DNA of 64,000 nucleotides from Raillietiella orientalis. Taxonomy: Eukaryota. The DNA is taken from assembly GCA_036172245.1 (NCBI GenBank), contig JAYWIR010000026.1, forward strand, positions 620,001 to 684,000, written 5' to 3'. Below the pieces are notes generated by a model. That model was not told the origin of the DNA and ran no database searches. It saw only the letters and a list, made by a program, of their open reading frames with translations. The position numbers and the translations under genes were made by a program. Positions 34,310-47,690 of the stretch are shown here, one piece after another (position 1 is the stretch's first letter; every line of letters starts with the position of its first letter).

Positions 34310-35410
34310 ATAACATAATTCTTATAATTATACTCTCCAGCTATTTGAAAATTTAATACATGAGACTCATTCTGATTAGTTAGATCAGTGGTCATTGCCG
34401 GCAATACCACTACTCTCATACAGCCCATGGACCAGCAAGTCATTTTAAACTTCAAACACCTGTACAGAAAAACTATGTTGCAAAAATCCTTTGAAATTAC
34501 CAGACACAGAACTGACTCTTAAAGAATTAAGGAAGGAACATGGCAGCATCTTTTTTGCTTGAGGATCATAGATAAGGCGTGGAAAGAAGTTTCCCTTGAA
34601 ACAATGATTTGTGCTTGGAAAAATCTCTGGCCTGATTGCTTTTCAGTCAAAATAGGTTGTGAAGAAGAATCATAAATGAAATTGTCTCTGAGTAAAGCTA
34701 TGGGATTACAGGTGAATAATGAGGATGTAGAAGAGTTAATAGATATCGCACTACCGAACTCAGCATATAACTTCAATGTCTTCAAGATCAAAAACAAAAA
34801 GTGGAAGAAATTTTGTTATAAGAAAATGGCGTCAAGGGATGGATACATTTCTAATTCTGATCTTAAAAAATTGTTCTCGGTTTGGGCCAGAACACAAGCT
34901 ATTGTGGAAAAATGCCATCCTCAAACAGTGATTACCAGGTGCATCAACTTATTTGAAGACAATGTTAGGTCACTTCAAAAACATCCAAAAAAGTCAACGC
35001 CAAAGAACATTAGAAAATTCTCCTCCGGAGAATAACGAAAACGTAAATTAACATCCTCCATTCCAGCTAAGAAACGAAAAGGAGACGCATAACAATAGGA
35101 GCATCACATATTTCCATCTTTATGACTTTTATGATAAAAAACTAATTTTCATTTATTTTATTTGTCATAATTAAAATTAATAACTAATAAGAACGTTTAA
35201 TTTCTCGAGGTTTGGGAACGTTCTATGTTATGAGCATTAAAATTTTAAAAAAAGATGAAATAAAAAACCCATTGAAATTTTTTGGACATGGGAACGAATT
35301 ATTTCCCTCTTTATTTTTTCTTATGTAAAATATTGATTCAGACTTCGAGCAAGTCAAAGTACGAACAGGTTTCTGTAACGAATTGAATACTCAACACAAA
35401 GCACCATGTA
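34310..35410 (+). mobile_element. Tigger/pogo-like DNA transposon remnant (DDE_1 transposase C-terminal half and right end)
   Basis: NTTTLIQPMDQQVILNFKHLY and IIDKAWKEVSLETMICAWKNLWPDC. Ends in a Tigger-like terminus ...GCACCATG followed by TA. Confidence 0.85.
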
Positions 35411-37189
35411 AATCAAACAAACTCTTTGATGATGCTCCTTCCTTCGACATTGCCAATGATGTGATAATGTCTCCAAAATTAGTGAATACGCTTGAAGTAC
35501 ACTGCAACATCGGAAAATCCTCGCTCTCCAAAGAGGCACAAAACTTAAGTATTTAAGATTTGCTTTGGGAAAGTCGAAACAACTGGAACAGAACTCCTCG
35601 CCGTTCAGACAATACCAACAGATCTCAGGAACTAAAAATACGGCTGGTCAAAGAGATCACTTCAACCTGTTTCAGACACGAAGGAGTGCAGCTACCATTC
35701 GAGCCGCAGTGATATGGGGATGAGCATTTCCTCGATTCACACCTCATGCTTCACCTCGTTAATCCTTTTGCAAGCCTATCCTCACCCGTGTATTTTGGCC
35801 TCAACCACCTGAACAAGAATTCCAAATATCTCTGACGCCCAAAGTCTAACCAGTTCCCTTCCTGGTGATGTGTACATATATGTGTGTATTAGTGCTCTAT
35901 ATTTAGTTAAGCTATTTCGTGGTAGTTGTGATAGGTGATTTCGTAAGTGCTAGCGTCACGAGCGCGCAGTAATTCATCAAAACGAGTAGACCATCTAGTT
36001 CTCGTCCGTATCCAGCCTTCTCACCACCTGCAAGCCGCACACGACAAAGCCACAGACGTGCATTTAGGAACCAGCCACCCAGAGCTACACCTCCACCACC
36101 AAATCCCCCATTAATCATGGATCCAGTAATTGGATGGCGAAACCCAATGACAATCTCAGTCAGATTCAGACCCACTTCAGCAGTGGGTCTGTCCTACAGC
36201 ATATAATGGGTATAAATTTGGATCTTGGTCCAGTAACTAATGACCGGAGAGATGACAACTTATTCGCATATCTATATTTGGCTGCCCGAGGTGAGAGCAC
36301 TTTGCAGGAACCCATAAATGCTTCAGCATCATGTTGGAATGCCAATTTTGGACATAATTTTCGAGATTTCCGAAGGAAGGCTCCTCGCAACTTCCATTTC
36401 AAGTTCCAGCGCTCAAAATGAGCGCAGAAACTCCTGCTACATTGCAAAACACGATATCCAATCTGCAAAACCATTACTCCTACATTAGTACCATCTTGTC
36501 AGTAACCAGATGCAGCGTCTTTTATCAAATCCGCAGAAAACACTTTTCGTTAAGGAAAAAACAACAACACGCAGAAGCTTCAACTGCAAACAAAGGCTAT
36601 CATCCTAACACCCAAGATTCTCCTGGAGTACATACTCCGATGAGTACGCCATCCTCCTATTCAAGCATACCATCCAACGCTCCCGTTTCTGATGAATTCC
36701 ATGGACTGTTCGCTCCCATCTCACGTAAACAAAACATCACGCCAACATGCGCACCACCAATCACCATTAGAGGATTGTAAACTTTCAGTACACATGACTA
36801 TTGCAGAAATCAATTTACGTAGGACAAGAAATGGAGGCGACAGTCAAGCGAAAAAGTAGCCTACATCAAGCTCCCACGATGCCAAACACCGAAAATACAC
36901 GAAAGACCAGGCATCAGGATGAACAAACCAAGTCTACTGAAAATACAGGAATTCCTTCATACGCAGCACAGGCATATTACAAAGTGCAGACCATAATTGT
37001 CAAAGCAGCCTTACAGTAAGTACTCAATTGAACTCTCATTTCCTGAAAGTACATTGATTCACCTTCAGGAAACAACTCATGGAAGCAAAATGAAAACCAC
37101 GCACCACACAAGAGGCAAGCTCCATTAAAAAACACACAAAAACATCTGCGATACCGACGTAGGAAAATTCTTTTCACCGAACGAAGCAG

Positions 37190-38000
37190 ATCATGGAAAA
37201 AAGATCGCAGTGCTTCCCATTCTACTCGCCCACGATAATCAATTGGGATGCAAACGATGTGGGGAAGCTCATACCCTTGAAAACAGTCCCTGCACTACAA
37301 AACCAGCAACACCCAAAGGCAGCGAACGAACCTTCTATGAATACCTACCACGGCCGCCAAACATCACGCTCAAACGACACGTGAAAGCATTACAGCAAAC
37401 AAACAAATGCTAACAATATCCCCTAAACACATTAAAAGACACGCTCTCTGATTCGGTGTTTTGTGAAACCACAATGAAAAACACTGAGCCTGCAGAATTG
37501 CCTATACCAACCACACAACTTGAAACTGAAGTTCTCAAACAAAGGACGAAATCACAATCATTCTTCTCGATGCGTGTGCTTCGGTCAACTCACGACTACC
37601 ACGAAAACATTGGCAACTCAACCTATTCAACATTCTCAAGCACCAACCTCACCCACGCAACATTGATTGGTGGGCACACCGAAGGCAAGTCTGGAAAAAC
37701 AACTACAGCCAAACACCTTTTCCTCAACGCTGACGCCATTTACATGACAAATTGTAAAAAAGCAGACGCTGCCCACCTATACAACGGTGAAAACATTGTA
37801 ATCATAGTCTCCACAAGAGACAATAAGGACGCAGTCGAATATGGACTCAACGAAACCATTAAAAATGGAATCATGATGGATCAGACCACTACACTTACTA
37901 GGCATGTACCTGATGCAACTTACCACGAGGAATTCACCTTATGTCGTATACGTGCAATCAAAGCAAACCAACATCCTTCCAGCATCATTCAAAACAGCAG
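37190..38000 (+). pseudogene. rep: Endogenous CRESS Rep remnant
   Basis: EGKSGKTTTAKHLFLNADAIYMTNCKKADAAHLYNGENIVII..TRDNKDAVEYGLNETIKNG in ORF 37456..38064. The N-terminal part is very decayed. Confidence 0.85.
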
Positions 38001-40861
38001 CTCAAACATCTATTTGAACAAAGAAACACCACCTTCCACCCTCTGGATTTCTGCACATGGTTAGGAACTACTAGTCTATTGAAATGTTTGCAACCAAACT
38101 GTGAGATGGCTGCAATTTCATTCCTTCCCAGACTTGCATGGTATCATTTCTGACTTTCCACATTGTTAACACTCCCTTATTTCATCTGAGATGATTTCCA
38201 GAAACACTACCTGGAAGCAATTTCAAAGAGAAAACTGTAGCCTTCACCAAGAACAGACATCACCAAGAATGTCACTTCTCATTGAAGCACACCTGATGAA
38301 CACTTGGAAATCGTTTTTCATGAATACATTACTTGGTAGCAATGTAAGATGCAACATACCAGAATGAGACAAAAACCAACTGGGATCAGAACACACAAAT
38401 TACCATACAATTCTATGAGAGGATTGCGGTAATTTCACATTAAGCCTACAAAGTTTTCCCATCCATGCAATGGTCAATTGACAGATTGCACTAGAACACA
38501 CAAACCAAAACGAACTTCCGAATTTTGAAACCCAGAATCCATTCATTGATCACATTGCCATCACTTCCTTACAAACTGGGATAGTTCCCCCTCACTCAAG
38601 AAAATGACATGATTTCACATTAGCAGCTATCAGCCAATAGGTAGCAATGTTGGAAATCTTTCTGCTTGCTCCACAATGAATAGAGTACATCTACATTAGA
38701 TTTTATGCTACTTTCAAAAATAGAGACAATGGATCAAAACGAATTCGAACCATTCAACCATTCACCACAAATGATTTCCACAGCAGTGTTTCCATGGAAC
38801 TTGTAACAACCAAACTTGTCTTCAGGGACCTGCATAGCTGGAAAGGAAGCTGAAATCATTGCAACATGTCAAATTCGGCTTCTGAAAAAACTTCTGAGCA
38901 ACAGAAGTAAACAAAAGGTAGCTCTTCACAAAAACAAATCGGAAACCGAAAAAAGTTTTGCGACTTGTGCAACACAAATCTAGGTGGGAACAAACTGTCT
39001 CCACAACAGGTCAACAGAAATGCATGCAAAGAGCACCTACAAAACAACACATGCAAACTTGGAATTCCCAATCTAACCTCTTTTTTTCTCCCTTCTTGTT
39101 CAGATATTCCACAGACATGCAATCATGTCTTCAGTGCTTCGTTTATGCAGTCCTGAGTGAGCAATCACCGTTTTTCGCGCGCCCTTAACCTTAGGGCACC
39201 CACAATCAAAAAGGAGGCATACGAATCGGAAGTTTCACGTGCCACAAAAAATCGACATGGAAGAAAATTCTAAGAGCAGGCTTTCCTTTCTCTGCAGCTG
39301 GGAATTCATCTCACAAAATCTACCCTTCATTCCACGAGAATCGCGAGCAGCGCCCCAGGCTTTGATACATGCTAGGTTAGGTCATTTTCACAGGTCGTCT
39401 CGGTTCGCCCCCGATGCAAGCAGCTTGATGACAGCACAAACAGCCCGTGGACAGTTGGGCGATTCTTTGCTGGGCGAAGACCAACAGAAGGCACCACGCT
39501 ATGAAGTTCCCTTCAGGAAGTCACCCACCTCTTGACCACCCCCCATCGAACGCGGGCACTCGGACATTTCCAGCGACATGGAACACGAAGAAAGGAAATC
39601 CACACATACTTACTGCTTGCTGCATTTTTCAATGTGCTGTCCGAACGTTCCTTCACACTTGAAAGCGACAGCCTCCACGATCCCATGCCACTCTCCAACT
39701 TTCCTGTTCTCGTTTTTGCTTCTTTTTTTTTTTTAACCACCGTCCGCAACTGATAGGCGCGCTCGTTTGCCTGCAGTTTCAGCATCAGCATGGAATTTCC
39801 GCTGGGGATTTGCTGGAGAGAAAACACAAACTGTCACCCAAACTGCAAGGGCTTGCAAGAACATGCATCCCTGCATAGCACCCCTGCAAATGCGCAGGAA
39901 AGCGTGTGAACTTCCTTCAATCAGTGACAGACAGGGTTGCCAACACAAGTGAATGCAATCCAGCTGGATCCTCACGGCAAACTCGACATTTTCCAAAAAA
40001 CAATCTCCACTTTTCCACCTAAGAATTTATCGTTACTATTATCATCTTTGTGATTCATAACACACATTTAGTATTTTATGTGCAAAAAATAGTTTTAATG
40101 TATAACTCACTCAAAATAACAGGTCCTTTGGATCATTCTCATCAGAGAAATCGTGCTGCGATTATCAGATGCTTGGAGTTTGATTCTCAGCTTGTCCACT
40201 TCCAGTTTTGTAGGCAGCCAAGTTTTCTGTTTCCCTTGAGACTTCGGGTGGCAATTTTCAACCCATGCAGCACTTTTCAACGCGATTTAGAGCTTTCCTT
40301 CTTGTGAGAATTGCCTCGAAAATTGTTTTTTTCCAGCTATTTGTCGGATGGAATTTGGAGATTCTGAATTCGTAGTATCAATCAACCTTTGACAGCACGA
40401 AGAGTATGAAATAAAAAAAAAGTTGGATGCATAAACTTCTCGGTCGTCGTGTCTTCCAAACAGCCAGATCATCCGAGGTCTTCATGCAATCGGCATTACT
40501 TTGCTCAAATGATTTGTTTGGCTTACGCATGTCAGCTAATACGGGTCGGAGGATTAGGAGGAATGAGTGTTTTTTTCCATCAGAAAGCAAAATTTTCAAA
40601 GAGGATGTTTTATAATCTCTTTTGTTTGTAATTGGTGTTTTAAGCCTAACACTGAGTTCTACCTACTGATTCAGAATTTTTTTTACTGAGGTCTCAATCG
40701 AGTTTGGCACTTGCATACAATATTTCCAGGATGGAGCTCATCGCTCATGGCAGCAAATGGAGCTTGTTAATCATTTCACAATGAGATGGAAGGGGAAAAC
40801 CATGGATTCTTGTCACTAGGAAGCCAAGATTAGTGGAAGGCAATCTGAGGCTGCTAAGACA

Positions 40862-41754
40862 GTCAATTGGAGATACACTCAACGGATTATTATTGTCTGC
40901 TCTGGGCATTGAGCCCGCAGTGTAGCACACACGCCATCGTATGTGTCAGTCAAGACAGATGCATTAAAGACGCCAATCTCTTTCATATTTTGAATGCTTA
41001 ATCCATGGCTACCATTCCCCCAACAGAAACAGGAGGTGATTCAGAGGTGTGGCTCTGCTTGTGGACAGTGCACTGTTCACATGGCACATTCGGAATGAGC
41101 ATCCGTCCACAGACGCTACAATCGATTCCAAGTTGGCACCGTATGCCATTAGCACTGTGCTGAACCGTGGGTGCTGCAGCGTGAACGCGCTCCGCCGGAT
41201 GGACTGAACATCCGCCTTGACAGAATGTCCCTGAGATTCTCCCAAAGCGGATGTTCAATAAGGGACAGTTGCTTAATTTTCGTAATCTCTTAATCACAGT
41301 TTGCAAAATGCATGTACATTTGATTCGCCACGGGTTCACCTATTGAGTCCTCATCTCAACTTGGGTCTGCAGGAATGAAACGAAGCAGTGGCCTCACTTG
41401 GAAAATACCGACCATCTCTGCCTGGATTGCACGGAAAACACCTTGGAATTTTGTCCTCATGGAGGATCCTTTCCTGTTTCTGTACCGTTTGCTGACTATT
41501 TTGCCGGTATAGCAGATTTCACTGCAGAATTCATGGAGGAAGGTAGTAGTTCAGTAAGCATGGGTAATCGAAAAGAATGCTATGCAATTACCGAGTTTTT
41601 GCAATGCATCTATAATGGTTACCTGTTAGTCATGCCTCATTTATCAAGAGAATTGTATAAAAAAGTATCTATCCTAAAGAAAAATCTGAAAAAAGTAGAG
41701 CAAACTTGTTATACTATTTCATATATGGCTCGGAACTCCCCAGCTGCATTTTAG
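40862..41754 (+). pseudogene. Translin-family (TRAX-like) gene remnant, probably intron-containing
   Basis: DYFAGIADFTAEFM...EFLQCIYNGY...KKVSILKKNLKKVEQTCYTI matches the TRAX C-terminus. GLQE*NEAV at 41364 matches GLQEYVEAV, and a possible upstream exon reads EIHSTDYYCLLWALSP. Confidence 0.7.
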
Positions 41755-41905
41755 TTAATGCTTGTAAAACAGAATTAGAATAATTCTCTCAGACTTTTCT
41801 AGGTTTCAACTATACCTACTTTAAACTCCTCCCATCTTTTTGATTACAGATTATATAAATGGATATTTTTTTTCCAGAACATTAGGATTAGGTGTGTTTG
41901 TAAAA

Positions 41906-41926
41906 ATATATATATATATATATATA
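41906..41926. repeat. (TA)n microsatellite
   Basis: Directly visible. Confidence 0.95.
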
Positions 41927-44900
41927 CATGTTTATCTAACGAAATTCTAATCTGGACTGATTTCAAACGTACTTTCAGGTTGTGGTGATGTACATAAGTT
42001 TATGGCTTATGGAGATTTTCATTAACATAAGATCAAAGCGATCCTATCACAAGACGAAACTAATTAAAAAGCATTGTGCCTTTTTGATAAATTCATACAT
42101 TTTTCAAGTATCCCTGTATACATTAAGAAACCAAGAAAATATTGCAAGAGTTGAATGAATGAATTCTAAATTCTATGTGAAAACCCAAATCGAACATCCG
42201 CACTCGTTTCCCTCAGGGTGTGTAACCTTTATGCAATTTCCACGTACAAGAAGAGCACCTGTACAACGGGATATGTCTACAAGAATATGCTCATTATTTG
42301 TAACTGACTTACAAATTACATAAGAAACGCCTTTAGTATAATGCATTATTTTGGCAGACACTTCCACTGTAGGTTGTCATCTGGTGACAAACAAACTCTG
42401 CATCCAAACGAACAAATTTCAACACTTGAAGTGATTCCCTTCGGAATGAGCTTTGCAGTAGTATGAGCCTTATGCACTTTCTGTTACCATTTCCTGGTCC
42501 TGGCTTGGAATTATTTATTCGCACCAGCAGCATCTGCTTATGCAATGAATGATCATACTTCCAGGTTCCTGCAACACGTATCTATGATCATTTGCCTTCA
42601 CTTCAGTTGTCAAAGTTTGTTTTAGCAGTTTTCCACTTGTTAAATCAAACAGCAGGGCAAACGAATGCCTCTCCCAGCCTTGGTTTCTTCACTTTGTGTT
42701 AAGGGAAATTCCTTAAATTTGAGAATACTCAAAGGCAATCTTTGTATAGCTGGGCTGAATCCAAGATGGAAATAAAGTTCGTTACTCAGTTTACTCAAAA
42801 GAGCGCAAATGCTAATTATCCATTCATTGAGGTAGTTAAATACTCGAGTTGTCTGCTGTTTGGTTAACCAAATTCTTCACAGCAGTTTCTGGTGAGTGCT
42901 TCCCTATTGACTACAACACTCCTGTGCAAACAAGGTTAAGGGATATAGTGGTTCAAGCAGTGAAGTGACGACCATACAGAACACAAGTGGTAACACTGCT
43001 ATGAAATAAAAGATGCGGTATCCAAAATCCGAGATCTGAACGGAACACCTTTTTTTTTCGAATGCGTATTTTAAACCGATCCCTATTCAAAACCCTCACA
43101 ATCACGGTTCTTTGAATACTGCTGGCAAGCTTTTCCATCTACAAGCATGAATGAGTACCGCGATAGCTTGCAGGAAACAGCTTCATTCTAGGTGTTGCAG
43201 CAAAATTCTGGAGCACGCAAGACGGTTACGGACGTGCTGTGACAGCAGGAATACGTTATCAATATCACCATCTTTTGAGAACGTCCATCATCTACCTGAA
43301 CAACCAGCATCGCGGCCTGTTTTCCAAAAACCGAAAGCAACAAGCAGCAAGGAGTCATTCCCAGCTTATGCTCAGTGATGACGTCAACATGAGCCTCTCA
43401 TGCAAGCTGAATCTGTTTCATACTACAACTGTGGCGCCAGCGACATGTCCTTCATCATGAAGGTTCACAGATACCACCTTGAACTTTGACTGCTTTCAGA
43501 AACGGGAAAATGGAAGATCAGGCAAGGAAACGGTACCACGTTCGAAGTCTGCGTTTCTCCCTCTCCCAATCAATGAAAATTAAATAGAATGAAACTTTCG
43601 GTGCTGTTTCTTCTGGGAACGATTTGTAAGTTTTGGAGACCTTTGCAAGGAGAGCAGGAAGGCGGCAGTTCACCAAACACAAGTGAACGCAGAATCGGGC
43701 AAACAGAAACCCACAAAATGAAGAGATAAATACTTAGGCTCTGACTTTACAATAAAAATCATTAGCAGTGACGATTCTGACTATTATACACATATGTCAG
43801 CCTATGCACACGTGCACTCCAGGCTTTGCAGCAGTTCAACTTGACATGAATAGGTGACAGCACTAACCAATCGGTAGGACTAGATTCTCATCAATACGAA
43901 GAATCTTGTCTTTTCTGCGAAAGAATTTGGTTGCACTTTGGATCGCTTATTTGTTTTCAACATTTTGTTCCCCGTTCGGCGGGAGGTTCGAGGTGGAGAA
44001 TTCAGGACTGCCAATTAGCCAAAATTGCTACCACATCTGCGAGAAAACGCAGAAAACGAACCCAAATAAAGACTCATTTCATCCATACAGATCTTCATCA
44101 CTTTCTTCCTCTTGTGCTACTTTATCCTTCTGTCACGGCTGAGCTCCAAATACATTACCCTCGTCGGCCAGCCTCACCGCTTGCCGACCCTCTTTTCCGG
44201 ACGCGAGTCATCTGTCGTTTTGCACAAAGATTCGCGCAGAAGGTTTTCTACAGCTTCCCATCAGAAAAGGAACGCTCACCTCTTCTCCCAACTCTACGGA
44301 CGTGGGGAACGTCTTCGGCCCACATAACGACAGGAATTCCCATGCACCGTGAAATTATATTCGCATTCCTTCCATCATCATCTACGAATTGCACCTAACG
44401 TCACCGAGTATCCATCCGTCTACCGAGCTGTCTACAAACTAGGGTGCACTCCCAACTTCGCTGAACAGTTGAAAGCACTGAATTTCAAAAGGGAAAAGTC
44501 CATTCCCCTTCGCTCCGTGGTCAAACCAGAAAAACGTGTGTTTGCAACGAAGCGAGTCACGCAGGATTCCCATAAGAATGAATCATTGAGAAATGACACC
44601 AGGGTGAGACCGGCTTGAAACCAATACGCTCCTCTCTGACGTTTTCTTCTCTGTGCACCGCCTGTCTGCACAGCATCCCCATCCGAATGCTCTACCTTTC
44701 CATCCCACGGATCCAAAGCGTGAATTCCCGGCAGCAGCTAATGCATAATCGAACAACGGAAATCATCTTTCTATGAGTAGAGGAGGTGAGGATGGTTGCG
44801 TGGACGGCTTCCAACGATCCGCCTCTCCTAGTTCGCCCCTTGAGAGAGCAAAATCGCATGGGCGATTCACAAGCGGATCTTTTCCTTCGAGACAGGAGGT

Positions 44901-45599
44901 GAAAGAAGGGCTTGGCAAAGTGAGGAGGATAACCTACGACGTTCGGTTCTGTTGAGAAGGAAAGCATAGTCTCATTGACGGATATGGTGAGCGCGTGGAC
45001 AGTGAACTGCAAGCAATGCCAATACGAAAAGCTAAAGTCTTGTGTGCAGAAGATTGGAGCAGACTTGTGGATGGAACCAGCAATCTGTTGAGAGAGCGTG
45101 GACAGCCCGCGAACAACTCGGATGCGCGCCTACCTTCCGAGCATCTTCAAATCTGATTCTCCAAGCAGGACGAACCGGGAAACACGATCCCAAATGTTTT
45201 CTACTTACCAGATTCTAGGCAAATACTGTACCTGAGGACGCGCATGTCCAAATACATGGAGCTGTTGGACGAGGGATACAGGGACTGCTGATAGAAAACT
45301 GCAGATTGCTACAACAAACAAAAAGCATTACGATCCCTTCCAAGCGTACGGAAAGAGAAAACTAGAAGGCCTTGCAATCCACTTGCAAATCTTCACGTGA
45401 GCAGTCGATAAACACGGAAACCCAGAAGGGACTGAAATCTCGTAACGAGGAGAGCGCCCTTCCCCTTTGCGGCATTTGGGAACACGAGAACGTGGAAGGA
45501 AGAGCACGTCGTGATTCCTGTCCAACGAGTCCCAGTCCAACTCGGAAAGGGACAGAATGTTCGTACCTTCCTTAAGTACATTCCTGCTTTCCAGTTATC

Positions 45600-46700
45600 T
45601 CCATAGATCTGCTGGCCTTTTCAAGATTGGCTGCTGCATCTCGTCCGTTGTTGGCGCATTCCGACCACTGCAGGTGGTTTTTACGTTCGAGCTTTCGATA
45701 CCCCGGAATTGTGCAGACATTCCGTGGATGGCTGCATTTGTTGCAGAGTGCAGTTGGACATGCATCCACCGTCTGTCTGAGATTGCTGCGTACAAGACAA
45801 AAGTGAGGACTGCTTCCTACGCATGACTGGAAAGTCGTGCGAGTAGGTCTCCAGTGGCGTGATGCCAGCAATCCGGGTAGTGGCGTATGGTTTGATCTTG
45901 ACAAGCGCCTCACCCGAGGTGTTCCCGAGCAAGTATCCCGTTTGCTTCGATCTCCACGCACGCAGAGGGTTTCTCGGACGGTGTTTTGGTCCATCTGACA
46001 GCTGAAGCGAAGAAGCGGGCGGCGTCGCAGCTCTTTCATTCATTTTCTTCAGCAGGCAACCGCTTAGGGAGTTACCGTCTACGACAGGACCATCGAGCAT
46101 TCTGGTATGATCGCAGTCTGCGTAAATGGTCAGTTTACGTGCAAGCGGGAATATCCTTACCCCCTTCAAACACACAGTTTCTTCATAATGATACACATAC
46201 ACGTCTCGCACTGCAGTGCTTTCGCACCCCTTTCGGGATGACTTCGGGCTTTTAACCGAGGCTCGTTTCCAATTTCTTTCATTCACGTTCTCAATTCCTA
46301 GGTGACGTGGCTTTGTCCTCAGAACGCGACCGTTGACCGCATTTGGCGCAGCTACGGCCACCGTCGCGTAGAACGCTGCGTCCTGCTGCTGCAGGCCTGT
46401 TTCCAGGCCCAACCATATGGTATGAGGCTTTGGCTGGCTCATCTCTTTCGCAGCACTGGGCTGTTCCGCTCTGCGCGTGCGTCTGATGAAGCCCTCTGCA
46501 TTGAACAGGCACTGCCCATTCTTTACTACATGGAAGAGTAGAGGACGTAAAGTTCACCGAGGTTTAGTGACGAAAACACTAGAAGAACCGCCCTCAGATA
46601 CACTTTAGTAGTTTGCCAGCCTCAACCTAAATACTACGCTTCCCAGCAATGAGGCTTGGGCCATTGCAGCGGTCAGCCTTTGTGCAACGACCGAGCAACA
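45600..46700 (-). mobile_element. Decayed ORF2 3' region remnant (paralog of 15885-16600)
   Basis: Homology to 15885-16600 and to ORF2 of element D. Confidence 0.75.
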
Positions 46701-46829
46701 CTCTGGAGCACTCGGGCGTGATCAGCATCTCGAAACCAAGGTCCACAGACCACATCCTACTAAAGGATGCTTCACAATACGAAATCCGAAATGCCTTTTT
46801 TTTCTAAAGCCTGCGTGACGAAGTCATGG

Positions 46830-47590
46830 CGAGGCTTATACTTAGTGCACGAAATTCACAGTAGGAATCCTCGACTATGAATTCCATCGTACACTCAAAA
46901 TAGTAAACCGCGTACACAACCCATTTCTTCATTCCCACCTCGTTTATAATTTGTGAAACCGTTCGGACGTTGGCTAAATGATGAACAGTACAGTCAATTA
47001 CGTCTACTGCGGCATACATTCCGGGTGTCGCTGTAGAACCAGTCAGATGAAGCATCTCGTGCTGAATACGTGCATCACATACACACATAACGTCCTGTTC
47101 TTTAATTAACAAAACACAGGTGATCAGTTTTTTTGCTGCCTAGTAAGCTGATTCCACATTCCTTCGGAATCCCCATTTTTCATATTCCCAAAGACTTCCT
47201 CTACTCCGGGATTTGTCGCAGCAACATATCCTCACACCGTACAACTTTACATACTCAAACATACTCGAAATTGCAGTTTGTTTCCGCAATCCAAGCAACG
47301 TACTCACGGTGCGCTTATGCAAATCGGTATCATACACAAATCAACCAACCTAATAAACTTCACAGCCGACAAGCCACAACTCTTGACTGACAGTATCAGC
47401 ACCCTCCGTAAAATCAAAATCCCTACACCTAATAGGCGCACCAGAACACAACACCTTCGCAATCCAAGAGGAAGCACGTCCCAAATTACCACCATCATTA
47501 ACGCCTCCTCACAGAATTTCCCCTACGATAATCATCACGACAATGCAATACACGGCGTCTACGACGAAGTTTACCTAAGAAACATTTCTG
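46830..47590 (-). pseudogene. cap: Endogenous CRESS capsid remnant, copy 2
   Basis: GKLRRRRR..YRRGNSVRRR, SSMFEYVKLYGVRI and C-terminal YCEFRAL. Confidence 0.7.
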
Positions 47591-47610
47591 AGAACAGCAA
47601 AAACCACTTG

Positions 47611-47646
47611 GATAGTGCGCAGGGTGACCCTGACCTCGGCACTTTC
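47611..47646. promoter_or_regulatory. Putative rolling-circle origin stem-loop, copy 2
   Basis: GATAGTGCGCAGG-GTGACCCTGA-CCTCGGCACTTTC (10 of 13 paired). Confidence 0.6.
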
Positions 47647-47690
47647 GAAACCGTAGAAAACCAAACACGCACACACCAAAGAGTCGCAAC

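Noticed and set aside
38000..40700. Short ORFs here and at 42000-44600 and 49900-52200 as genes
   Set aside because: No recognisable domains or consistent exon structure by eye. Small host exons cannot be excluded.
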